A DNA stretch of 41,884 nucleotides from Methanosarcinales archaeon (GTDB lineage: Archaea; Halobacteriota; Methanosarcinia; Methanosarcinales; Methanocomedenaceae): NCBI GenBank assembly GCA_030610815.1, contig JAUWRA010000002.1:1-41884 (forward strand). The letters run 5' to 3'. The position numbers were made by a program, and so were the translations under genes. The notes beneath the pieces are model-generated. The model was not told the DNA's origin and searched no databases. It saw only the letters and a program-made list of their open reading frames with translations. Shown here piece after piece: positions 1 through 8,712 of this stretch (positions are counted from its first letter, which is position 1; each line of letters begins with the position of its first letter).

Positions 1-3000
1 CGCCTGAGGTATCGCTCGTATAATACTTCAGCAGATCATACCGCTCGTCTGTCCCGTGATTGTCATGACACGCCTTACATGCAAGTTTCCCATCCTCGAG
101 CGGGTGATGGGTCTTCTGGCTGAACTCGGTCTCCTGCTGAAGCCGCGGCTGTGTCGCACTCGCGCTGTGGCACTCCAGACTGCCGGTACTGCCGGTGTAG
201 CATAATTGCGGACTTGGATAGTACAGCAGATCCTTCCCGCTCTCAGTACCGTGCGGAATGTCAATGGAATCGTTCTCATCATGGCAGTCTATGCACCGCC
301 CAGCTGTGTACGGATCGGTCATATTCGTTATATTGATTTCATACTTCGTCCAGTGCTTCGTGTTTGTAAACGTAAGTTTATCCACATGACAGTAATAGCA
401 CTTACTGTTCGGGGTGTAGCCTGTGTCTACGAGAATGGTAACGCCTGGTTCTGTGATCGTGGTCGTGACGTTCCGATACGACCTGCCATATATCTCCTGA
501 AGCACATCCCATCGATTGATTGCGGTACAGTTCATCGGTTGGTATGTGGTCTTCCCGCTCACATTCTGTTTGTACTCGATAATCAGAAGCCAGTTATCAC
601 TTGATGTCGGCGGTCCCCAGTAACTGAATGGCTTACCGCTCAGTCTGCCGCCCTGCACCTCCTGCTCTCCATCTTGAGCTCCTGCTGATATTTCGCCATC
701 CCAGCAGAGTGCTCCATTGGCATCACTGAGATCACTGTACCGCACCGTGAGATTGGACCACATCGATTCCTGGTGGTAGTTATCCCAGCAGACCACATCG
801 ATCCTCCACATCAGTGTCAGATTCGATGTATCCTCGTAGCCGACCTTTGTTTTGTCAAAGACGGTATCAAGTGTGTAGAGTCTGGTGTCATTGGTGAGGT
901 AGAATATGTAATTCGCTGCTGTCGATCCATTGTTTGTGAAAGTTGCGCCGTTTGAGTCATTGATCCTGATATCGAACTCTGCCCCGTTGCGTGTAAGATC
1001 GTTCCCGATCATCGTTGTGTTCGTTGAGTACTCCTCAAGGAGGATGCCGATGCTCGTGTAGTTCGTGATAGTGTTTGCGGTGAGGTTGTGATCCCTTGAT
1101 GTGTTGAGGAATATGCCCCGCTCTATGGCATCAATGGTGTTGTTCGTGAGATTGCCCCAGTTTGACTCTAACATATAGATGCCGTCTGTACCCGCTGTGA
1201 TGGTGGTGTCGATTATGTCTGTGTGGTTTGAATTCGTGCAATTCAAGCCTGTGTTGTTTGCGGTGATGCTGCCGCCGTCCCGGATGGTTACGTGGTGGGA
1301 CACAGATAGGCTTATGCCATCGCTGGATGATGAGGTGATCGTGACGTTTGCAAGGGTTGTGTAATGGGCACTGTTCGTGTTTAGTCCGTAATCATCCACA
1401 GACGAGATCGTAGTGTCGGTGATGGTGGTGTGATCGGATGAGCTTATGTCCAGTCCCTTGTCGATTGTGCTTTCGATAGTGCTCCCTGTGATGTTGTTGT
1501 AATGCGAACTCGTTTCGAACCGTGCTCCTTCGCTTGGACTTACCGTATCGAGATCAGTGATGTTGTTGCTGGATGAAGCATATAGCAGGATGCCATTGAA
1601 GTTATTCGATAGGGTGTTGTTGGTCAGAGTGTTACTATTTGAATCCCGCAAAAATATACCATAACCGGATTTTATATTATTTGAAAGTTCGCTGTCTCTT
1701 ATGGTGATGTTAGTACAATTTATAAGCGTGATCTTTCCGACATTGCTCACATTGTATTGCAAGAGGTTCTTCGACTCGATTATGATGTCCTGTTCTTCAT
1801 AGTAATAGCTCACATTTTCGCCGTTTGCTGTGTTGTTGCGCCAGATGTGATTTTTATAATATGAGTACTCGAATTGTAATGCAAGATCACTGTTCCCTGA
1901 TATTGTATTTTCACTTAGATCATTGTTATCCGAATAGAAATAAACTCCATTGCCGCTGTTCGAGAGTATTGTATTGTTTCGTATGGTGTTATCGCCTATA
2001 TGTTCAGTGGTAGAACCTATGCAGATACCGTCGCCACTATTCTCTGATATATTATTGTCTGTGAAGTTATTATTTCCACTTCCTGCTAAATAAATGCCTA
2101 TACTATTGTTGATGACGCTATTGTTGATGATGCGGTTGTCACTGCTTGTACCGTCTGATCGAATACCATTACCAATGTTATCCAGAATTTGACTGTCGTT
2201 TATGAGATTATTGTTCGAATCGGTAAAATATACCCCGTGTTTTACGTTGTTCTCGATAGTACTTCCACTAATTCCACTCAATGAAGATCCCACGATCCGG
2301 ATGCCATCCCCGTTGTGTATCGTGCAGCCCGTGAACCACAGATCGTTGCAATTGGCGATTGTTATGTGCCCGATGTTATTGTCGCCGGTAATCATGCCGC
2401 TGTCGCTGTAGTTATAGTATACCAGCCCGCCGTTTACGGTGTTGGTGGTGTCGATATCCTGATCATAGTCTCCTGTGACGTACAGGCTGTAATCCCCATT
2501 GTTGTTGTTCAGACTGTTATTTCGCAGGATATTGTTCTTCGAGGAATCTATGAATATGCCGTTCCCCTGGACGGTGTTTTCGATGGTGCAGTCTGTGATG
2601 TTGACATATCCTGAGGTCGAGGTCAGGTAGATGCCACAGTTCTGATTGTTGCCGATGGTACAGTTATCAATGGTTATATTATTGATGGTCCGGATGTTCA
2701 ACTCATTGCTGTACTCGACGGTGCTGTCGCTCAGATTGCCGTAGCTATCGTCATTGTAGTTGAAATTGTAATAGCCGGAATCGTTTCGGGTGATGGTTGA
2801 ACCACTGGTCACGTTCATGGTTGCGCCGCTCTGGACATTGATGGAAGTTAAGTTTTCCATCCGTATCGTTGCGTTGCTGAGGTGCAGCGCGCCGCTTTCG
2901 ACATCAATTTTGACGGATATAACGCTCTCGTTGTTGCTCAGATTCGTACTCCATTCCGCATAGTTCGCATCAGTAACAATGATCGTGCCATAATCCACAG

Positions 3001-3121
3001 CCTCTGCCACCCCGCACATCATCAAAAATAGCACAACCAAGCACGTGCAGGCAGCAAGTAAAGACATAGCTCGAATAGGGTGACTAGTATATGTACGTCC
3101 AGTGGATACAGCGGGGATCAT
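1..3121 (-). CDS. Secreted right-handed parallel beta-helix (NosD/CASH-like) protein fused to a multiheme cytochrome c region; 3' partial
   Basis: Manual translation shows an open frame from ATG 3121 (alternative ATG 3067) to the window edge. Signal peptide ...SLLAACTCLVVLFLMMCGVAEA|VDYG. Many N-x-I-x-x-N...GI-x-L beta-helix repeats. Heme motifs CYYCH (386-400), CIDCH (281-295), CX9CH (167-202), CKACH (65-79). Missing from the ORF track because there is no stop in the window. Confidence 0.9.
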   Translation of the reverse strand, partial: MIPAVSTGRTYTSHPIRAMSLLAACTCLVVLFLMMCGVAEAVDYGTIIVTDANYAEWSTNLSNNESVISVKIDVESGALHLSNATIRMENLTSINVQSGATMNVTSGSTITRNDSGYYNFNYNDDSYGNLSDSTVEYSNELNIRTINNITIDNCTIGNNQNCGIYLTSTSGYVNITDCTIENTVQGNGIFIDSSKNNILRNNSLNNNNGDYSLYVTGDYDQDIDTTNTVNGGLVYYNYSDSGMITGDNNIGHITIANCNDLWFTGCTIHNGDGIRIVGSSLSGISGSTIENNVKHGVYFTDSNNNLINDSQILDNIGNGIRSDGTSSDNRIINNSVINNSIGIYLAGSGNNNFTDNNISENSGDGICIGSTTEHIGDNTIRNNTILSNSGNGVYFYSDNNDLSENTISGNSDLALQFEYSYYKNHIWRNNTANGENVSYYYEEQDIIIESKNLLQYNVSNVGKITLINCTNITIRDSELSNNIKSGYGIFLRDSNSNTLTNNTLSNNFNGILLYASSSNNITDLDTVSPSEGARFETSSHYNNITGSTIESTIDKGLDISSSDHTTITDTTISSVDDYGLNTNSAHYTTLANVTITSSSSDGISLSVSHHVTIRDGGSITANNTGLNCTNSNHTDIIDTTITAGTDGIYMLESNWGNLTNNTIDAIERGIFLNTSRDHNLTANTITNYTSIGILLEEYSTNTTMIGNDLTRNGAEFDIRINDSNGATFTNNGSTAANYIFYLTNDTRLYTLDTVFDKTKVGYEDTSNLTLMWRIDVVCWDNYHQESMWSNLTVRYSDLSDANGALCWDGEISAGAQDGEQEVQGGRLSGKPFSYWGPPTSSDNWLLIIEYKQNVSGKTTYQPMNCTAINRWDVLQEIYGRSYRNVTTTITEPGVTILVDTGYTPNSKCYYCHVDKLTFTNTKHWTKYEINITNMTDPYTAGRCIDCHDENDSIDIPHGTESGKDLLYYPSPQLCYTGSTGSLECHSASATQPRLQQETEFSQKTHHPLEDGKLACKACHDNHGTDERYDLLKYYTSDTSG

Positions 3122-3294
3122 AATGTTTATCTATTTATTTCATGGGGGGCAACTATTTTATCCTTGATGGAAAAATATCTTAAATTGCCAGATTGTATAA
3201 TTCAAATTTTCAAACCAATTTTTTTAATGGATAGTAAATTATAAACACATTTCGATATAGATATCGGTAATTTTCTTAGTTTCAATCATATCTT

Positions 3295-3339
3295 TTGACA
3301 GGATTTGCAGGATATGCAGGATTGGATAGTATCCTGTTA
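3295..3339. repeat. Periodic palindromic element (CAGGAT unit)
   Basis: CAGGAT at 3299, 3308 and 3317 (period 9), then one inverted unit ATCCTGTTA at 3331-3339. Confidence 0.65.
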
Positions 3340-3592
3340 GTCGCAGCTGCCTGAAATTTCAATTTTCTTGAGAATTTCATAAAGAATTCACACTCCATAT
3401 ATGTAAAATATTCTTTTATATTGTTTTCATTATTTTATATATCTTTTGGACTCATATATTCAACATTTGTATAAAGTCTGAGTACGAAATCATTATATAT
3501 CGAAACAAGAGTATACCATATTAGGATTGAAAGTAATATCTATTCCATTTGTATAAATTGATATAGTATAAATATTTTAATAAGTTAAGGCC

Positions 3593-4096
3593 ATGAAAGA
3601 TAAAACTTACATTACAATAATTGCACTATCAGGCATTCTACTTATTGTAGGTGTTGTATACCTGACACTAACTACAGATATTTTCGCATCACAAAATGAC
3701 ACTGATGTAGAAGAAATTATTATACCGGAATTCGAACCAATTCCAGAACAAACAATTGACTGTGAAATGTGTCATGCTCATCCGGAAAAAGAAAAGAAAC
3801 ATATAGATGGCGGCATCTATTGTGAACCATGTCATGGAACAGATCTCCACGACCTGCACATCAAAGAAACTACAGCTAATCTCTCATGCATTGTCTGTCA
3901 TGGTCTAGAACCGATCATCCCGGAAAAACTACCAGGGCATGATAAGATCTGCGATGCATGTCACGACTACCCTGACGCGATCCAGCCAAGCTATGGAAAT
4001 ATTATAACAATACATATGACCAGAGGATACTCCTGCACTATCTGCCATATACAGGATATTCAGAGTATCCATACAAATTCCATGAACAGCAGTTAA
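3593..4096 (+). CDS. Membrane-anchored pentaheme cytochrome c
   Basis: N-terminal TM helix; CEMCH, CEPCH, CIVCH, CDACH, CTICH; extra His residues as likely distal ligands. Confidence 0.9.
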   Translation: MKDKTYITIIALSGILLIVGVVYLTLTTDIFASQNDTDVEEIIIPEFEPIPEQTIDCEMCHAHPEKEKKHIDGGIYCEPCHGTDLHDLHIKETTANLSCIVCHGLEPIIPEKLPGHDKICDACHDYPDAIQPSYGNIITIHMTRGYSCTICHIQDIQSIHTNSMNSS

Positions 4097-4197
4097 GGTG
4101 GCATCTATTGATAAATCCTCAGTAAGAAAATCGAAAACCCAATAAATCTAGTGGATTGAATGATCCACTTAAATACAAATTTACAAAAGGTTTAATT

Positions 4198-4677
4198 ATG
4201 ACTTCGGAACTCACATCTGAACAGGGGTGTATGACACTGATTGCAGGATTGCTTGATACACTCAGGGAAATAAATGGCGATGAAGTTACAGGTGATTTAA
4301 TTTATATGAATTTTTTTCGAAGAGGGGAAAATTTCGGGGAAAAAATCGGAACAGGCAAAGATCCCCAAACTGCTCTGAAACAATTCATTGAATATATCAA
4401 GTTTTGTTTTGATATAGAAATTATAAGTGAAAACTCAAAAGAAAAAGAATATACAGCAGACATACGGTTTAAAAACTGTTTGATAAAAGATCTGTGCAGT
4501 AACCAAGGATCATCCATAAAAAACCCTCTTTGCAGAAGTACTCAAGGTTTAATAGAAGGAGCACTTTCCTTTATGACTGGCAAGCAAGTAGAATTGGACA
4601 TATCTATTATGGAAAGGGATATTTGTCAGGGTACTATACGATTCAAGAAAAAACGTGATATATTTCATTTCATATAA
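4198..4677 (+). CDS. V4R / methanogen output-domain-like protein
   Basis: F-x-x-G-x-x-x-G helix, then Cys pattern C-LIKDL-C...PL-C-x-x-x-x-GLIEG...C typical of V4R. ATG 4198 preferred over TTG 4156. Confidence 0.65.
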   Translation: MTSELTSEQGCMTLIAGLLDTLREINGDEVTGDLIYMNFFRRGENFGEKIGTGKDPQTALKQFIEYIKFCFDIEIISENSKEKEYTADIRFKNCLIKDLCSNQGSSIKNPLCRSTQGLIEGALSFMTGKQVELDISIMERDICQGTIRFKKKRDIFHFI

Positions 4678-4945
4678 TTTTCATTATTCACATCACATAA
4701 AAAAATGCTATTTTTTTTATCCAGAAAATTTTTAACTATGGGCTGACTGTGGAGATTGCAAGGAGGCAGGGGGATCCATGCCCGGTTTATGATGATGATT
4801 TCCAGCAGCCCGTAAATGTCACCTTTACTTTTTTCACCGGAATTCATTGAAAAATTTACGTCCGTTAAATTTTTACTTTATCGATTACATTATGAACTCA
4901 CTTCATCCTAAACCATTCAATATTTTATTTAGAAGGAAAACCAAT

Positions 4946-5794
4946 ATGCCATTTGAGATAATTGAAAAAAGCCAGATAGTTCCAACAATACACAATATGA
5001 TCATTTCTGCCCCCAGGATAGCAAGAAAAGCCCGGGCAGGCCAGTTCATCATCCTGAGGATAGATGATGCCGGAGAGCGAATTCCCCTGACCATTGCTGA
5101 TTTTGACCGCGAGAGTGGCACAATAACCACAATCTTTCAGGAGATGGGAAAGACCACAGCCCAGTTATCTAAAATGAACGCCGGAGAAAGCCTGCTCGAT
5201 TTCGTGGGCCCCCTCGGCAATCCTTCAGAGATAGAGCCGGTAGGTACAGTAGTATGTGTGGGTGGCGGCGTGGGTGTGGCCCCTGTTTATCCTATTGCCC
5301 GGGCCCACAAGGAAGCCGGCAACAAGGTAATATCCATTATAGGCTCCCGCAGTGCGGACCTGCTGCTCTGGGAGGAAAAGATGCGGGATGTAAGTGATGA
5401 GCTGTATATCACAACAGATGACGGCACCAAGGGGCAACACGGTTTTGTTACAGATGTGCTAAAAGAACTGCTCGAAGGCAGTGGATCCATTTCCCTTGTG
5501 GTTGCTATCGGACCCCCTATAATGATGCGCGCCGTGGCCGGGGTAACTCATCCTTTCGGTGTGAGAACCGTAGTAAGTCTAAACAGTATCATGGTGGACG
5601 GCACTGGCATGTGCGGTTCATGCAGAGTGCTGGTCGGCGGCGAGACCAAGTTCGCATGCGTAGACGGGCCGGAATTCGATGCCCATGAGGTCGATTTTAC
5701 TTTGCTCATGAACAGGTTGCAGATGTACCAGGATGAGGAGCAGCTTGCTATGGAACACTACAAAAAATGTGAACGGGAGGGATGCCAGTGTTAG
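4946..5794 (+). CDS. nfnA: NfnA/SudB small subunit (FAD, NAD-binding, [2Fe-2S])
   Basis: GQFIILR...GERIPLTIAD, GGGVGVAP, MVDGTGMCGSCRV...FACVDGPEF; overlaps nfnB. Confidence 0.9.
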   Translation: MPFEIIEKSQIVPTIHNMIISAPRIARKARAGQFIILRIDDAGERIPLTIADFDRESGTITTIFQEMGKTTAQLSKMNAGESLLDFVGPLGNPSEIEPVGTVVCVGGGVGVAPVYPIARAHKEAGNKVISIIGSRSADLLLWEEKMRDVSDELYITTDDGTKGQHGFVTDVLKELLEGSGSISLVVAIGPPIMMRAVAGVTHPFGVRTVVSLNSIMVDGTGMCGSCRVLVGGETKFACVDGPEFDAHEVDFTLLMNRLQMYQDEEQLAMEHYKKCEREGCQC

Positions 5795-7167
5795 AACGAC
5801 AGGACATGCCAAGACAGGACCCTGAAAAGAGGCGTTCCAACTTTAATGAAGTAGCCCTGGGATATTCCCATGAACAGGCTGTAAATGAGGCCAGCAGGTG
5901 CATCCAGTGCAAGAAACCTTTGTGTGTGGCCGGGTGCCCGGTAGAGATCGATATTCCTGCTTTTATTAAGTGTATAGCAGATGACGATATGGAAGGTGCC
6001 ATTAATGAGCTGAAGTCCATGAATGCACTTCCAGCCATTTGCGGTCGCGTATGCCCTCAAGAGACCCAGTGTGAGGAGGTCTGCGTGCTGGCAAAGAAGG
6101 GTGAACCCGTTGCCATCGGCAGACTGGAGCGTTATGCTGCTGACTGGGAACTGGAGAACAAGCTGGGGGAAGCGGAAAAACCTGAATCGACAGGTAAGAA
6201 GGTGGCTGTAGTGGGTTCAGGTCCGGCAGGGCTGACCGCTGCTGCCGAACTGGCAAAGATGGGGCACAGTGTGAACCTGATGGAGGCCCTGCACAAGGCC
6301 GGAGGCGTACTGGTCTACGGCATACCAGAGTTCAGGCTGCCCAAATCCATTGTCCAAAAGGAAGTCGAATACATAGAAAGACTGGGTGTTGATATCCAGC
6401 TTAATAGTGTGATCGGTATGGTAGAGACCGTGGATGAACTACTGGATGAGTATGATGCCGTATTCCTCGGCACCGGTGCCGGGTTGCCCAGCTTCATGAA
6501 CATCGACGGTGAGAATCTCAGTGGTGTTTATTCTGCAAATGAATTCCTGACAAGGGTTAACCTGATGAAGGCATACCAGTTCCCTGATCATGATACTCCT
6601 GTCAAAAAGGGCCATAAGGTAGTGGTCGTGGGTGGAGGTAATGTTGCAATGGACGCTGCCAGGTGTGCGGTTCGCCTGGGTGCCGAAGAAGTGACTGTTG
6701 TGTATCGTCGAGGAGATGATGAAATGCCGGCCAGGCGTGAGGAGATTGAGAATGCAAAAGAGGAAGGCGTTATTTTCAGGCTCCTGTCAAACCCCACGCG
6801 GATACTTGGTGATGAGAAGAACTGGGTAAGGCAGATGGAATGCCTGGATATGGAGCTATGCGAGCCCGATGAATCTGGACGTTGCAGGCCCGTACCTATA
6901 GAAGGTTCTGAACATATCCTTGATGTGGATGTAATAATAATAGCAGTAGGGACATCTCCAAATCCGCTTATCCCGAAGACCACTTCAAGCCTTGAGACCT
7001 CGAAATGGGGTACTATCATAGCCGATGATAACGGTGCCACTTCTAAAACCGGGGTATTTGCCGGTGGAGATGTGGTAACAGGGGCTGCTACAGTCATAAG
7101 TGCCATGGGTGCAGGTAAGATTGCTGCTAAGGCTATTGACAAATATCTTAATTCGAATAATTTATAA
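5782..7167 (+). CDS. nfnB: NfnB/SudA large subunit (GltD-like, 2x[4Fe-4S], FAD); electron-bifurcating transhydrogenase
   Basis: RCIQCKKPLCVAGCPV, ICGRVCPQETQCEEVC, GSGPAG, GGGNVAMDAAR, YRR, GATVISAMGAG. Confidence 0.9.
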   Translation: MPVLERQDMPRQDPEKRRSNFNEVALGYSHEQAVNEASRCIQCKKPLCVAGCPVEIDIPAFIKCIADDDMEGAINELKSMNALPAICGRVCPQETQCEEVCVLAKKGEPVAIGRLERYAADWELENKLGEAEKPESTGKKVAVVGSGPAGLTAAAELAKMGHSVNLMEALHKAGGVLVYGIPEFRLPKSIVQKEVEYIERLGVDIQLNSVIGMVETVDELLDEYDAVFLGTGAGLPSFMNIDGENLSGVYSANEFLTRVNLMKAYQFPDHDTPVKKGHKVVVVGGGNVAMDAARCAVRLGAEEVTVVYRRGDDEMPARREEIENAKEEGVIFRLLSNPTRILGDEKNWVRQMECLDMELCEPDESGRCRPVPIEGSEHILDVDVIIIAVGTSPNPLIPKTTSSLETSKWGTIIADDNGATSKTGVFAGGDVVTGAATVISAMGAGKIAAKAIDKYLNSNNL

Positions 7168-7211
7168 TGTGGTATGGGTAGAAGTATTTTTTTTAGATTC
7201 TAATGCAAAAT

Positions 7212-7227
7212 CCGAAAACTTTATATA
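7212..7227 (+). promoter_or_regulatory. Archaeal BRE-TATA promoter
   Basis: CCGAAAAC-TTTATATA, about 25 nt upstream of a GC hairpin. Confidence 0.7.
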
Positions 7228-7241
7228 TCAAATCTGAATAA

Positions 7242-7328
7242 ATAGGAGCTTGTGAGCGGGAACAACGTTTTTCTAACTAACCCCCACTCCCCAACCCGCT
7301 CACACAAAACACCTCTTATTTTACTTTT
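7242..7328 (+). ncRNA. Candidate sRNA: hairpin with C-rich loop
   Basis: Perfect 10-bp stem TGTGAGCGGG (7251-7260)/CCCGCTCACA (7295-7304); loop contains CCCCCACTCCCC; own promoter; U-rich tail. Confidence 0.55.
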
Positions 7329-7368
7329 CACGATAAACCTAATTTGCTATTAACCATAATTACAACTA

Positions 7369-8712
7369 ATGACAAAGAAAGTGGCTATTATTGGTGCAGG
7401 TGCTGTGGGGATGACTGTAGCCACCTATTTGAAACGGCATACGGATCATGATGTTTTGGTATTTTCATCGGACACTTACACTGCGTACAGCCAGTGCGGG
7501 ATGCCCTTCGTACTGGAAGGTATTATATCTGATTTCCCTGACCTGATAGTAAGGCCGCCAGATACCTTTATTGAAATGGGTATAGACCTGCATATGGACA
7601 CAGAGGTCAGGCACATAGATGCCGGAAGCCAAAAAGTGATATCAGATTCTGGTGTTTTTGAATATGATCATCTGGTGATCGCTACTGGCAGTACACCTTT
7701 TATCCCGCCCATCCCCGGAATTCACTTAAGCGGCGTGTTTACCCTGCATACGCTATCGGATGGGATAGACATCAAGTCCAATATTAATGATAACAGCAGG
7801 GTGGTGGTTATTGGTGCGGGCGGGATAGGAATCGAAGTTGCAGCATCCCTGGCCAGGAGAGGGATTAATACCACATTGATCGGAACCCTGGCCCAGGTGC
7901 TTCCACTGACCCTTGATCCTGATATGGCATCATTTGTAGAGCAGCATCTTATCTCGATGGGTATCAGGGTAATGACAGGTACCAGTGTGGATTCTGTGAA
8001 TGGACAACAAAGGGTAGAATCGGTCAGTTATGGGGGTGAAATACTGCCGGCTGATGTTGTTATCGTCACTTCAGGACTCAAGCCATTGACATCGGTTGCC
8101 AGGGAGGCTGGCTATGATATAGGTCCCACAGGCGGCATTGTGACCGATGAGCGATTGAGGGTGAGCATGAATGGAGTGTTCCAGGATAATGTTTATTCAG
8201 GTGGTGAGTGCGCCCAGGTCTTTGATCTCATCACGGGTTCGCCTGTCATCAGCAGGCTGGGTTCGGCTGCCCGGAGGATGGCACGGGTTATTGGCGAGAA
8301 CCTTGCCGGCAAGGATGCTGTCTATCCACCTACATTAAGCCCAGGTGTGGTGGTGGCGGGGCATCTGGTGGCAGGTTCGGTGGGTATTACATCACATACG
8401 GCAAAAGTCCACGACATTAACATAATCAGCGGTAGTTCAAAGGGATATACCAGGGCCGGTTATTATCCGGGTGCTTTGCCCCTGTTCATTAAATTACTGT
8501 TCTCAAAAAAGAAGCTTGTAGGCGCACAGGTGGTGTCGGGCGAGGGTGTGAAAGAGAGGATAGATGCTCTTAGCTTTGCTATGCGTATGGGTGCCGAAGT
8601 GGACGACCTGCTGGATTGGGAGACCTCATACTCGCCGCCGGTTGCCATGGTCATTGACCCGGTAACGTTTGCGGCCGATGATGCAAAAAATAAGATGGAA
8701 GGTATAGCTTGA
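7369..8712 (+). CDS. FAD-dependent pyridine nucleotide-disulfide oxidoreductase (NADH oxidase/CoA-disulfide reductase family)
   Basis: GAGAVG, single redox Cys in YSQCGMPF, ATGS, GAGGIG, C-terminal YSPP dimerisation motif. Confidence 0.85.
   Translation: MTKKVAIIGAGAVGMTVATYLKRHTDHDVLVFSSDTYTAYSQCGMPFVLEGIISDFPDLIVRPPDTFIEMGIDLHMDTEVRHIDAGSQKVISDSGVFEYDHLVIATGSTPFIPPIPGIHLSGVFTLHTLSDGIDIKSNINDNSRVVVIGAGGIGIEVAASLARRGINTTLIGTLAQVLPLTLDPDMASFVEQHLISMGIRVMTGTSVDSVNGQQRVESVSYGGEILPADVVIVTSGLKPLTSVAREAGYDIGPTGGIVTDERLRVSMNGVFQDNVYSGGECAQVFDLITGSPVISRLGSAARRMARVIGENLAGKDAVYPPTLSPGVVVAGHLVAGSVGITSHTAKVHDINIISGSSKGYTRAGYYPGALPLFIKLLFSKKKLVGAQVVSGEGVKERIDALSFAMRMGAEVDDLLDWETSYSPPVAMVIDPVTFAADDAKNKMEGIA

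Noticed and set aside
28-2614. Small ORFs listed in the track over 28-2614
   Set aside because: They are shadows or alternate frames of the long minus-strand beta-helix/cytochrome gene.
3593-4096. Rnf-associated MmcA
   Set aside because: Too short, only five motifs, and no rnf genes in the window.
5782-7167. Glutamate synthase small subunit
   Set aside because: It is coupled to an NfnA/SudB gene and no GltB is nearby, so NfnAB fits better.
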